Origin: a virus
Reading direction: 5' to 3' (one strand)
IMG/VR virus record: IMGVR_UViG_3300037961_003440
Span: 1-64,000 of that record
DNA: 64,000 bases
The position numbers and the translations under genes were made by a program. The notes beneath the pieces were generated by a model, which was given only the letters and a program-made list of their open reading frames with translations, had not been told where the DNA came from and searched no databases. Positions 28,241-37,181 of this stretch are shown in pieces; positions within the stretch are counted from its first letter, which is position 1, and the number at the start of each line of letters is the position of its first letter.

Positions 28241-29527
28241 ATGGCTTCTTTGCAAGTTAAACCTATTAGATTAGGTAACCATATTTCAAGCGGTTCAGAA
28301 TTTGCTGTACTAAAAGGTACAGGAAAGGACTTAGTTATTGCTGGATATGCATCTGTTGATGTTGTAGATAAACAAAATGATTTGATTACATTAAGTGCAT
28401 TAAACGAAGCCGCAGAAAAATTTATGAAAAGTGATTATAAAAATGTTATGATTACTCATTCAAATGTACAAGTGGGAGAAGTAATTGATTCTTACACAGA
28501 CACAAAAGGTAATTTGTTAAAGACAGGTTGCGACGATACAGGATTCTTTGTAGTTATTAAAATGAGGAACGATATTGAAAAAGCGAAAGAAGTAGCAAGA
28601 GATATTAAGAGAGGCAAACTTCGTTCATTTAGTATTGGTGGACAGGCTATTAATAAGCATAATGTTCATGACCCCGATATAGGAACATACAAAGAAATAG
28701 ATAAATTAGAACTCCATGAGATAACAATTTGTGAAGAAGGAATTAATCCTGAAGCCAAATTTGAAATCGTGAAGGAAAACAAAAATAAAGGAAGTGAAAA
28801 TATGACCGATGAAATAAGTAAAGCATTAGGCGAGTTTGAAGATATTGTTGCTCAACTACGAAATCAAATGATTTTGAAAGAAGAGGATGATGTTGAAGAT
28901 ATGAAAGATATGTCCGAAGAAATGATGGAAGATAGTAAAGAAGCAGTTTCTCCTGAAGAAAAGGCTTCGGAAATGTATAAAGAAGAAGAAGATGATACTA
29001 AAGAAGCAGTTTCTACTGAAAAGGATAAAGAAGCAAAAGCGGCAGATTCTATTGTTTATGGACATAATGCAACCGGACAAAAAATGGGTGAATCTAATCT
29101 AACAGGAAGATTTGATTCGGAATTTAGCGAATTTATCGCAAGAAAGTCCGATAGCATTTCTACTCTTGACCTAAGTGAAGAAAATATAGCAAAGGCTTAT
29201 GCTCAATTTAAGGCTGAACAAGAAGAAGCAAGAGCATACAATTTGATTAAGAATGAATTTGAAGCAAGATATAATGCCGAATTGAAGGCTGAATCAGATG
29301 CAATTGCAAAAGAAAACTATGATGCAAGTGCTGAAGTAGCGGCTCTAAAGAATGAGTTTGCAGAATTGCGTAAATCTCTTGAGTCAAATAATGAAGTAAT
29401 TGCTAAGGCAGTTTCTTCAACAAATGTTCCAACAGGACTATCTGATGATGTAATCGCAAAGATGAACAATATTAGTGAAATGTCATGGGAAGAATTGAAT
29501 GACCTTGTTAGTGAGGTACAAGGCTGA
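28241..29527 (+). CDS. HK97-type prohead protease fused to C-terminal scaffold
   Basis: IAGYAS, VDKQND, catalytic-like THSN and SFSIGG, HEITICEEGINPEA; acidic coiled-coil tail. Confidence 0.92.
   Translation: MASLQVKPIRLGNHISSGSEFAVLKGTGKDLVIAGYASVDVVDKQNDLITLSALNEAAEKFMKSDYKNVMITHSNVQVGEVIDSYTDTKGNLLKTGCDDTGFFVVIKMRNDIEKAKEVARDIKRGKLRSFSIGGQAINKHNVHDPDIGTYKEIDKLELHEITICEEGINPEAKFEIVKENKNKGSENMTDEISKALGEFEDIVAQLRNQMILKEEDDVEDMKDMSEEMMEDSKEAVSPEEKASEMYKEEEDDTKEAVSTEKDKEAKAADSIVYGHNATGQKMGESNLTGRFDSEFSEFIARKSDSISTLDLSEENIAKAYAQFKAEQEEARAYNLIKNEFEARYNAELKAESDAIAKENYDASAEVAALKNEFAELRKSLESNNEVIAKAVSSTNVPTGLSDDVIAKMNNISEMSWEELNDLVSEVQG
28802..29527 (+). CDS. Nested in-frame scaffold protein (MTDEISKAL...)
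   Basis: Preceded by AAAAATAAAGGAAGTGAAAATATG, nearly identical to the MCP initiation region. Confidence 0.7.
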   Translation: MTDEISKALGEFEDIVAQLRNQMILKEEDDVEDMKDMSEEMMEDSKEAVSPEEKASEMYKEEEDDTKEAVSTEKDKEAKAADSIVYGHNATGQKMGESNLTGRFDSEFSEFIARKSDSISTLDLSEENIAKAYAQFKAEQEEARAYNLIKNEFEARYNAELKAESDAIAKENYDASAEVAALKNEFAELRKSLESNNEVIAKAVSSTNVPTGLSDDVIAKMNNISEMSWEELNDLVSEVQG

Positions 29528-29563
29528 TTCTATTAGAATCAAAAAATAAAGGAAGTGAAAAAT

Positions 29564-30886
29564 ATGAGTTTAAAAATTAGAACAATAGCAGATTTAGAAA
29601 GAGCAACATACGGTTCTTGGGGCGGAAATAGTCTTATTAAGGCAAGTACAGGACAAACAGGTGGAGTAGGAGTTACAAGAGGTATTCATTCAGACTCTAA
29701 CCTTACCGCTTTTGGTGCTGATGCAAGTGGAAATGCAACACCAAATGCACTATATAACTTGGTATATGGTCAAAAAGTTTGGTCTATGCTAAACCGTGAA
29801 ATTAATGCATTCGCTATGCTACCTAAAAAGCCATATCAGTCAAGCGGCTGGAGAGTCATGATTGAAAGAGCAATTGGTGGACAAGGTGATTTGCTTAATA
29901 TTACAGGTGGAACAAATCAAAGCGGTATGACAGAAAATACAATTGGTGGTGTCGAAGAAAATGCTTCATTTACTACTAATGATGGAACAGAATTTGCCCC
30001 AATTGCACCAAAGTATGAAACACTATATGTTTCTCCTAAAACAATAGCACATCAATTTGAAGTTTCTGAATTGGCTGCGGCTATGGCTAAGATTGATGAT
30101 GGTATTGGTGATATTATGGCTGCTTATAGAGAAGAAGTTGGTGTAACACACGCTGAAATGATGAATCACATGGTTCTAACTCCATTGGAATCTAAGACTA
30201 ATGGTTCAGGTACTTATGTAGGTGCAAATAATCTAAAATCACTTTATGAGATTATTACTTCAAAGGCTGAATTAGAAGCGGCTGATAATGGAGGTCTATT
30301 TGCAGGTGCTCTACCAACACAAATGAAAACACTTTATGGAAAAGATAGAACCGCTACTGCTAATAATGCATGGATGGATGCTTTTGTTTCTTTTGGTGAT
30401 TATGCTTCAAGAAGGCCACTAACTCTTAACTTGCTAAATACTGCTCTAAGAGAATTGCAAATTCGTGGTGCTTCACCAAAGGTTATTCTAACAGGATATG
30501 ATACAATTCAAGCATTGGGTGAATTGCTACAATCTCAAGAAAGATTCATGGGAAGAACCGAAGTACTACCAACAGTAAATGGTATTAAGGGTGTAAAGGG
30601 TAGAGAAGTAGGATTTAAGGTTGCTACTTATCACGATATTCCTATTATTCCTTGTAAAGAAATGCAAAGCACAGGTTCAGGTTCAGGACTAAGTGATATA
30701 TTTATTCTTGATACAGACCATTTGCACTTTGCTACTTTGAAGCCAACAGAATACTTTGAAACAGGTATTGATTCAGGCGACCCATTTTCAGTAAATGGTC
30801 TAAAGAACAAGGGTATGTATCGTACCATTGGTGAAGTAGTTTGTACATATTTGAAAGCACAAGGAAAGATTACTAACCTATCTTGA
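29564..30886 (+). CDS. Major capsid protein (HK97 fold)
   Basis: Follows protease; FAMLPKKPYQSSGWRV, PKVILTG, YHDIPIIP, YRTIGE...QGKITNL pattern of archaeal tailed-virus MCPs. Confidence 0.92.
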   Translation: MSLKIRTIADLERATYGSWGGNSLIKASTGQTGGVGVTRGIHSDSNLTAFGADASGNATPNALYNLVYGQKVWSMLNREINAFAMLPKKPYQSSGWRVMIERAIGGQGDLLNITGGTNQSGMTENTIGGVEENASFTTNDGTEFAPIAPKYETLYVSPKTIAHQFEVSELAAAMAKIDDGIGDIMAAYREEVGVTHAEMMNHMVLTPLESKTNGSGTYVGANNLKSLYEIITSKAELEAADNGGLFAGALPTQMKTLYGKDRTATANNAWMDAFVSFGDYASRRPLTLNLLNTALRELQIRGASPKVILTGYDTIQALGELLQSQERFMGRTEVLPTVNGIKGVKGREVGFKVATYHDIPIIPCKEMQSTGSGSGLSDIFILDTDHLHFATLKPTEYFETGIDSGDPFSVNGLKNKGMYRTIGEVVCTYLKAQGKITNLS

Positions 30887-30916
30887 GGTTTTTAGTTAAT
30901 TAACAGGTGATTAAAA

Positions 30917-31474
30917 ATGACAAGTACAGTTACATTAGTAGCAGACCATTTAGGTTCTGATGCGCCAAGAGTTATGGGTACTGAATATGTTGTTGATGCA
31001 ATTATAGATGTTACAAGTTTTAACAGTTCTACAACTACAACAGGTACTTTTGACCATAATGAAAATACCTTTACTCGAACAACCGGTAATGCTTTACCTA
31101 CTTTAGTAGCAGGGCAAGGTATTACAATTAGTAATGCAGCAACAGGTGGAAATGATGGTGCTACAACAATTGTTTCAGTAGCAGGAAATGTAATTACTCT
31201 CGGTGCTGTTGCGGCAAGTGATACAGATGATGAAATTACATTTATTCTTGATTCTGAAGCAATAGCATATGCTAATTTTGGCCTTAGTACAGTATCTCAA
31301 GTAGAAATATTAGGACAGGAAAAACCGCTTCTTAATTGGAGAGTATCTTTGGGTACTGATGGAAATAGTGAAATTGCTGACCATTTAGTTTTGAGATGTT
31401 TAACTGCTTCATCAGGTGCTTTAGCAACAGGTGATTCAGGTACAATTAGAGTTAGATTGCATGGACAAATTTAA
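30917..31474 (+). CDS. Beta-rich structural protein (head decoration candidate)
   Basis: Immediately after MCP; T/G/A-rich. Confidence 0.65.
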   Translation: MTSTVTLVADHLGSDAPRVMGTEYVVDAIIDVTSFNSSTTTTGTFDHNENTFTRTTGNALPTLVAGQGITISNAATGGNDGATTIVSVAGNVITLGAVAASDTDDEITFILDSEAIAYANFGLSTVSQVEILGQEKPLLNWRVSLGTDGNSEIADHLVLRCLTASSGALATGDSGTIRVRLHGQI

Positions 31475-31484
31475 GGTGATTTAA

Positions 31485-31823
31485 TTGGTTAGAATTAGAT
31501 ACACTTTAGGTTTTGCCCGTCTATATGGTAAAGAATTTTATCAAAATGTATGGACTGAAGCAAATGCTCAAACAGTATTTAAAATTAGAAATGCTGTTGG
31601 TTGGGAAGTAGAAGGTGAAGAAACAGTTGAAACATTAGATGTTGTTGAAGAAACAGTTGAAGAAATTGTTGAAGAAACAGTAGAAGTTGTTGATGAAGTT
31701 GTTGATTTATCTACTTTAACAAAGAAAGAATTGCAGAAACTTTGTGATGAAAAGGGTCTTGAATACAAAGGCTTTGATAATAAGTCTGTTTTGATTTCTT
31801 TGTTATCTGATGAAGAAGAGTAA
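31485..31823 (+). CDS. Acidic linker protein with C-terminal HeH/SAP-like domain
   Basis: EETVE repeats; DLSTLTKKELQKLCDEKGL...KSVLISLL. Confidence 0.7.
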   Translation: MVRIRYTLGFARLYGKEFYQNVWTEANAQTVFKIRNAVGWEVEGEETVETLDVVEETVEEIVEETVEVVDEVVDLSTLTKKELQKLCDEKGLEYKGFDNKSVLISLLSDEEE

Positions 31824-31843
31824 TAAAAACTAATAATTAGATT

Positions 31844-31892
31844 TGAGTGAGTGTCGCTACTTTTATTAGTGGCGGCCTCTCTCATTTCTTTT
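31844..31892 (+). terminator. Hairpin plus T-tract terminator after the capsid cluster
   Basis: TGAGTGAGTGTCGCTA...TAGTGGCGGCCTCTCTCA-TTTCTTTT; GC-rich intergenic island. Confidence 0.6.
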
Positions 31893-31909
31893 AGCGATAG
31901 GTGTTTAAC

Positions 31910-32209
31910 ATGGGTAGAATTCAAACTTCAAGAATAACAGGCGATACAAATATAGTACCAACGGCTGAAAGTCCTTGTGTCTATAATGGAATTATTTTAA
32001 GTCCAACAGATACAATAAATGCAGCAATTACAGTATCTATTTATGCTGATAATACAGGTACAGGCACTACAAATTTAGTAATAAGATATGTATGTACTCC
32101 TTCATCTACTATTGAGTTTCATTATACAGATGGATTACTTTGTAGAAGCGGATTAAGAGTAGAATGTTCTTCATGGACTAATTTAGAAGCATTTGTTTTA
32201 CACTCTTGA
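31910..32209 (+). CDS. Small beta-rich structural protein
   Basis: AGGTG RBS then ATG 31910. Confidence 0.7.
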   Translation: MGRIQTSRITGDTNIVPTAESPCVYNGIILSPTDTINAAITVSIYADNTGTGTTNLVIRYVCTPSSTIEFHYTDGLLCRSGLRVECSSWTNLEAFVLHS

Positions 32210-32221
32210 GGGGTGTAAATA

Positions 32222-35200
32222 ATGGAAACAGAAGTCGGTGGATTTAGAGGTTTAGATAAATATCAAGATGGTTTTAAATGGAATGTTGATACAGCATTAG
32301 AATTTTTTTATCAATTTATTATACCTCAAGACCAATCTCATTCAGTAATACAAAGAAGAATTAGAGCGCAATTACTTCGTTGGGTTAGAAGTAGTAAAAA
32401 GTGGGAAACAAATCCTACTTTTAAAGATAATTGGGATGCTAATACATTTAATAGTATTAATAAACAAGCCTTAGATATTTTATTTAATACTAAATTAAGT
32501 GATTTAAATGCTAATAGATATTATCAAATTGTTGAAGGTAAAGAACCTAAAGAATTCAAATTTACCAATGATAAAATAGAAGCACTTTCAAAAGATGGAA
32601 ATACAATTGAATATGAAATTTCATATGGTAAAAACTTTAAGGCTAATCCAAAAGGTCTTAGAGTAGAAGATATGGAAGCATATAATCAAGCAAGAAATTT
32701 ATTGTTAAATTATGACTATCAATTTGAATTACTTAAAGCAAGATTTGAACAAACAAAATCAGAAAAGGTAAAGAAGGCTCTACAAGCAAAACTTAAAGAC
32801 TTAAATAAAGCAAAAGAAGATGCTGAAGTATTGTTTGAAAATGCTAAAAAAGATATGTTTAACGATAATATAACATTAAGACAAGTAATGAATAATGACC
32901 CTATTATTGAACAATTTTATTCTGCTGTTAGTTTAGAACCCCGTACTGAAGCAGAAAAAATAGCATTAGGTATATTAATAGAAACAGTAGAAAAAACCAT
33001 TGATAAAGATTTATATGAAACAAAATATAAATTTATAACAGGTAATGAATTAACCTATGAAGAATTTAAAAAAGAAGTAAGTGATAGAGAAGCAAAATAT
33101 TTAAAGATGCTACCATTACCTCTTCAAGTAGAAAATAAATTAACAGGTGTTAGTACAGACGAAGAAGAATTAGATATTAATATTAAATTAGAATCTTTAT
33201 TAGAAAAAACTATGCTAAATGAATTAGCAGAAGAAATTAAATATCCTATTGAGTTTAGTAATGAAGAAATAGACTCTATAAATGACAAAGAACAATTTAT
33301 AGAATTTATAAAAAGTAAAGATACACAGTTAGTTGTAAGTATGTTGGAAAGAGCAATTAATAATTGGAGTAAAGTAAATATTGAACCTCTCGTAAATGCA
33401 CAGGCAAAATTTACTATTGAAACAAAAAAATTAGAAGAAAGAGAACTCGATGATATTAGAGATAGACCTGTAAAGTTAAGCAAAGATTCAATTAAAGAAT
33501 TTATTATTTACCCCTTCGTAAATCAAAGTAATAGAACAAATCAAAATAAAATTGAAGTTAAATTGGATGAAATAGAAACTAATAAAACTAAATTTAAAAT
33601 TCCAATAGTATTTCCGAAAGCAGAAGTAGATTTTGAATCTGCCTATGCAAGAACAATAGGTGCTACTTCAAGAAATGTTATATCTTCAGAAGTTAATATA
33701 GATACAAAAAGAAAAAATGCGCCTGTAAAAGAAGGTAAAATAAAAATTAATTATGTTAGTAGAATATCTAATGAATTAGCAGAAGTGATACCGGGTATTA
33801 GTGGAGATTATCAATGGAAAATAATAAGAGATGTTTTAACTAATTTTTATAGAGCACAAAAAACAACTACTGAAGAAAGGCTACAAAATAAAGTTAAAAA
33901 ATATATTACTACTGATTTTATTGGTAAAATGGAAATGATTGGAGATATAATAACTACTGTTAAAAAACTTCAAGATGATAGGCTTGATAAAGGAGATATA
34001 ATTAATTTATCAGAATATGTGCCCTCGTCTTATTTTAAGAAAAACGGTTCATTTAAATTTACAAGAGATGAATTAAGAGATAAAGTAGTAAAGGAATTTA
34101 GCGAAAAACAAGCACAAAATTTTATTAATAAATTAACTAAATTTCAAAAATCTATGATGGCTATAATAGCCTTTGCAGAAGAAAATGAAGAAATTATTAA
34201 TTTAATAGATGAAGAAAATGATGACGGTAAAGATTTAACTACTGAAGAATTTGAAGAGAGAATGAAAAATGAATCTGCTAAATTAAGAGATAGACAAGAA
34301 TTACTTGAAGAAGCAGAAATGGAACAAAGAGATGAAGAAGGTCTAATGCAAGGTACAGAAGGTGAAACAGCCGGCCAACAAATGATGGTAGATGAATCAT
34401 TTGAAGATTTTGACGACTTAACAACAGGTAAAACCTTTGACTTAATGAAGGAAGAAGAATTTTTAGATGCTTTACAAGAAATGATAAAATTTCAATCTGA
34501 TGCCGATATATTAAATAATAGACTTACGCTTCTTAGGGCAGAATTAGAACAAGTAGAAAAAACAAAAGCGGTTAATATTCAGACTGATTCATTTAAAAAG
34601 ATACTAAATCAATGGGGAGAACTCGTAGGATATGATATGACACCTCTAAAAAATATAATTGATAATGAAATTGATGAAGAAAAAGATGATGAAGGCAATT
34701 TTGTTAATGAACAAACTAAAGTCAAAGAAAAAATTAAACAAGAAAGAACAAAAATAGAAAGTTATTGGAATGAAACAAGACAAAAAGATAAATTTAAAGA
34801 ACCAACTGAAACAGTAATACTTGCTCTTTTAGGTGAATTAGATTTAGAAAATGCTATTGTTGATGATTTGTATGATAATGTGTTATTTAATAATGGTAAA
34901 AATGGTAAAGTAGAAATGGAAATGAATAATTTTGAAGCACAAATTGATTATGCTAAAAATAGAATATTATTGAAGGGAGAAATAACTTGGGCATCAAAAG
35001 CAGAATCTTATGTAGGTTATAAAATACAAAGGGGTAGAACAAAATCTTTTAGAATGCCTATTGTTGTGGGTACAGGTTTATCTGATGCACAAAAGAAAAA
35101 AGTAGGTGGTAGAAGAGTAGCACCAACAGGTAGAGTACAAGATTTTAAATTAGCAGGAGAAAATACAGACCCAGATAGATTAGAATTTTTAGAAAATATA

Positions 35201-35239
35201 AAAAGTAGAACAAATGTATTAATGCAAGCGGTGAGATAA
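32222..35239 (+). CDS. Large acidic coiled-coil hypothetical protein
   Basis: 1005 aa ORF between head and adaptor genes. Confidence 0.8.
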   Translation: METEVGGFRGLDKYQDGFKWNVDTALEFFYQFIIPQDQSHSVIQRRIRAQLLRWVRSSKKWETNPTFKDNWDANTFNSINKQALDILFNTKLSDLNANRYYQIVEGKEPKEFKFTNDKIEALSKDGNTIEYEISYGKNFKANPKGLRVEDMEAYNQARNLLLNYDYQFELLKARFEQTKSEKVKKALQAKLKDLNKAKEDAEVLFENAKKDMFNDNITLRQVMNNDPIIEQFYSAVSLEPRTEAEKIALGILIETVEKTIDKDLYETKYKFITGNELTYEEFKKEVSDREAKYLKMLPLPLQVENKLTGVSTDEEELDINIKLESLLEKTMLNELAEEIKYPIEFSNEEIDSINDKEQFIEFIKSKDTQLVVSMLERAINNWSKVNIEPLVNAQAKFTIETKKLEERELDDIRDRPVKLSKDSIKEFIIYPFVNQSNRTNQNKIEVKLDEIETNKTKFKIPIVFPKAEVDFESAYARTIGATSRNVISSEVNIDTKRKNAPVKEGKIKINYVSRISNELAEVIPGISGDYQWKIIRDVLTNFYRAQKTTTEERLQNKVKKYITTDFIGKMEMIGDIITTVKKLQDDRLDKGDIINLSEYVPSSYFKKNGSFKFTRDELRDKVVKEFSEKQAQNFINKLTKFQKSMMAIIAFAEENEEIINLIDEENDDGKDLTTEEFEERMKNESAKLRDRQELLEEAEMEQRDEEGLMQGTEGETAGQQMMVDESFEDFDDLTTGKTFDLMKEEEFLDALQEMIKFQSDADILNNRLTLLRAELEQVEKTKAVNIQTDSFKKILNQWGELVGYDMTPLKNIIDNEIDEEKDDEGNFVNEQTKVKEKIKQERTKIESYWNETRQKDKFKEPTETVILALLGELDLENAIVDDLYDNVLFNNGKNGKVEMEMNNFEAQIDYAKNRILLKGEITWASKAESYVGYKIQRGRTKSFRMPIVVGTGLSDAQKKKVGGRRVAPTGRVQDFKLAGENTDPDRLEFLENIKSRTNVLMQAVR

Positions 35240-36318
35240 TGAGTATAATAAGACCTTCAGATACAGCAATAAATTCTTTAAATTATGATTCAGGAGTAGG
35301 TCATTATACCGATATGACAAAAATTTGTGATTTGTTAGGTATTGCGCCTTTTACATCAGATACAATTCCAACACTTGCTAATATAGGAGAATTAATTAGG
35401 TATGCTGAAGATTATATTGATGAATATACAAAACAATCTTGGCGACCATCTATTGTAGAAAATGAATTAAAAGATTTTTATTTAGATTTTCATAGAATGT
35501 ATAGATATAGTAGTGTTAGTTATACAGATTATGTCGGGTTTATTAGACTAAATAGAGAAGATGTAAGAAAGGTTTTAAGATTGGCCGCATGGAAAGGTGA
35601 TACTTGGGAAGAATTAGCAGGTGCTACTTGTAAAATTAATATTACTGATTTTACTAATATTACAAATATAGTATTACAATTACCAAATAACGGAACAACA
35701 TTTACTTTATTAACACACCCAACAGATTCAGGGAGTTTTAATAACCAATTTGGTAATACCACAACAGCACAAGAAATTGTATATTTAATTAACGAACAAG
35801 TACCATCTAATACGAGAGATTTTACAGGACAACATGGTAAAAAATCTCTAAATGGAATTAGTAAGTTTTTTTACGCATCTTTAGAAGATGATAATTCAAT
35901 TTTAATTTCTTCTTTGCTACCTTCTGATGATGGTAAAAATTGTACTATTACAGTTACAGGTACAGGTATTACAAAAGAAGATTTTACAGATAATGAAAAT
36001 GTTGGAAGGGATAATGATTGGTGGATAGAAAATCAAACAGGTACAGTTTTCTTTAAAAGTACATACCCTTTACAAGTTAAACATTCTTTAAAATGTACTT
36101 ACCAAACAGGAAAACAAACTGTTCCAGCAGTAATTACAGAAGCCGCTACAAAATTAGTTTGTTGTGAATTAATGTCATCAGATGATAATACAATTTTATT
36201 AGGTGAAAATAATAATTCAGGTTTAGATATTAAAACTAAGTTTGATACATATAGAGCCGATGTTGAGAAGATTTTAAATATGAAGAAACGCCTAATATAT
36301 TTGATAGATAGTGATTGA
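35239..36318 (+). CDS. Head-tail adaptor/connector protein
   Basis: IRYAEDYIDEYT and TYQTG..TVPAVITEAATKLV pattern of gp6-like adaptors; position. Confidence 0.75.
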   Translation: MSIIRPSDTAINSLNYDSGVGHYTDMTKICDLLGIAPFTSDTIPTLANIGELIRYAEDYIDEYTKQSWRPSIVENELKDFYLDFHRMYRYSSVSYTDYVGFIRLNREDVRKVLRLAAWKGDTWEELAGATCKINITDFTNITNIVLQLPNNGTTFTLLTHPTDSGSFNNQFGNTTTAQEIVYLINEQVPSNTRDFTGQHGKKSLNGISKFFYASLEDDNSILISSLLPSDDGKNCTITVTGTGITKEDFTDNENVGRDNDWWIENQTGTVFFKSTYPLQVKHSLKCTYQTGKQTVPAVITEAATKLVCCELMSSDDNTILLGENNNSGLDIKTKFDTYRADVEKILNMKKRLIYLIDSD

Positions 36319-36319
36319 T

Positions 36320-36541
36320 ATGCCTTTTATTACAAAAGAACAAGTAGAAAAAATAAGAACATTAAAAACTTCTATTGATTCTATTCGTAATAGAGTAATA
36401 GAAGAAAACGAAACTTTACAAGAAATTACTAAAGAATATTTAGGTGAAGGTTATGATGATAAAATTATGGCTAAAATAATTGAACAAGAAATAGATAAAG
36501 AAATTTCAGATAAATTAAGGAGGATTATATTTGGTGAGTGA
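36320..36541 (+). CDS. Small helical hypothetical protein
   Basis: Packed ORF in neck module. Confidence 0.7.
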   Translation: MPFITKEQVEKIRTLKTSIDSIRNRVIEENETLQEITKEYLGEGYDDKIMAKIIEQEIDKEISDKLRRIIFGE

Positions 36542-37154
36542 ATCAGGTTATCTTGTAGATTTATTAGATTCTAATTGGAATGATGCTATTACAGCATTAA
36601 ATACTACTAATGGTAATGGTACATTATTAGATGTTCATGCTGTACATCCAATTATTATGTCCACGAGTGATTTTACAACAGGAAGAACAGTAGATGCACA
36701 AGGTAGGTCAAGAGGTGGTAATAGAATTAATACTGCAAGTAAAAAAGAATCTACTAATCCTGATGGTTTTATTTATTCAAAAGATATTATAGTAATAAGT
36801 ACATCAAGTGCTTCTACTGAATATCCTACTTATGCTTATGATATTAGAAATGAAACCTTTACAATGTCTATTAGTATTAGAACAAGACAAGATGATAGAA
36901 TATTAAATGATAATACAAGAGTTAATCCTACAAGTAATTTTGGTAAAGAGAGAATCCGTAGCCTTTATTTACTTGTTAGATATATACTCGAACAAAGGAG
37001 AAGAGGTTGGTTTAAAACAGGCTCGCAAATTTATGAAAATATTAATTTGATAACTGTACAAGATAGAACAGATGCGAATGATAAAAAGAATAGAATTTTT
37101 GGATATAAAGTGAATGTTGTTATGAAACGATTAGCAATCCCCGTAGGTTGTTAG
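36531..37154 (+). CDS. Probable tail terminator/completion protein
   Basis: Directly upstream of tail tube gene; assignment mainly positional. Confidence 0.55.
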   Translation: MVSESGYLVDLLDSNWNDAITALNTTNGNGTLLDVHAVHPIIMSTSDFTTGRTVDAQGRSRGGNRINTASKKESTNPDGFIYSKDIIVISTSSASTEYPTYAYDIRNETFTMSISIRTRQDDRILNDNTRVNPTSNFGKERIRSLYLLVRYILEQRRRGWFKTGSQIYENINLITVQDRTDANDKKNRIFGYKVNVVMKRLAIPVGC

Positions 37155-37181
37155 GGAAAAGTAAAAAAACGGTGATAAAAA

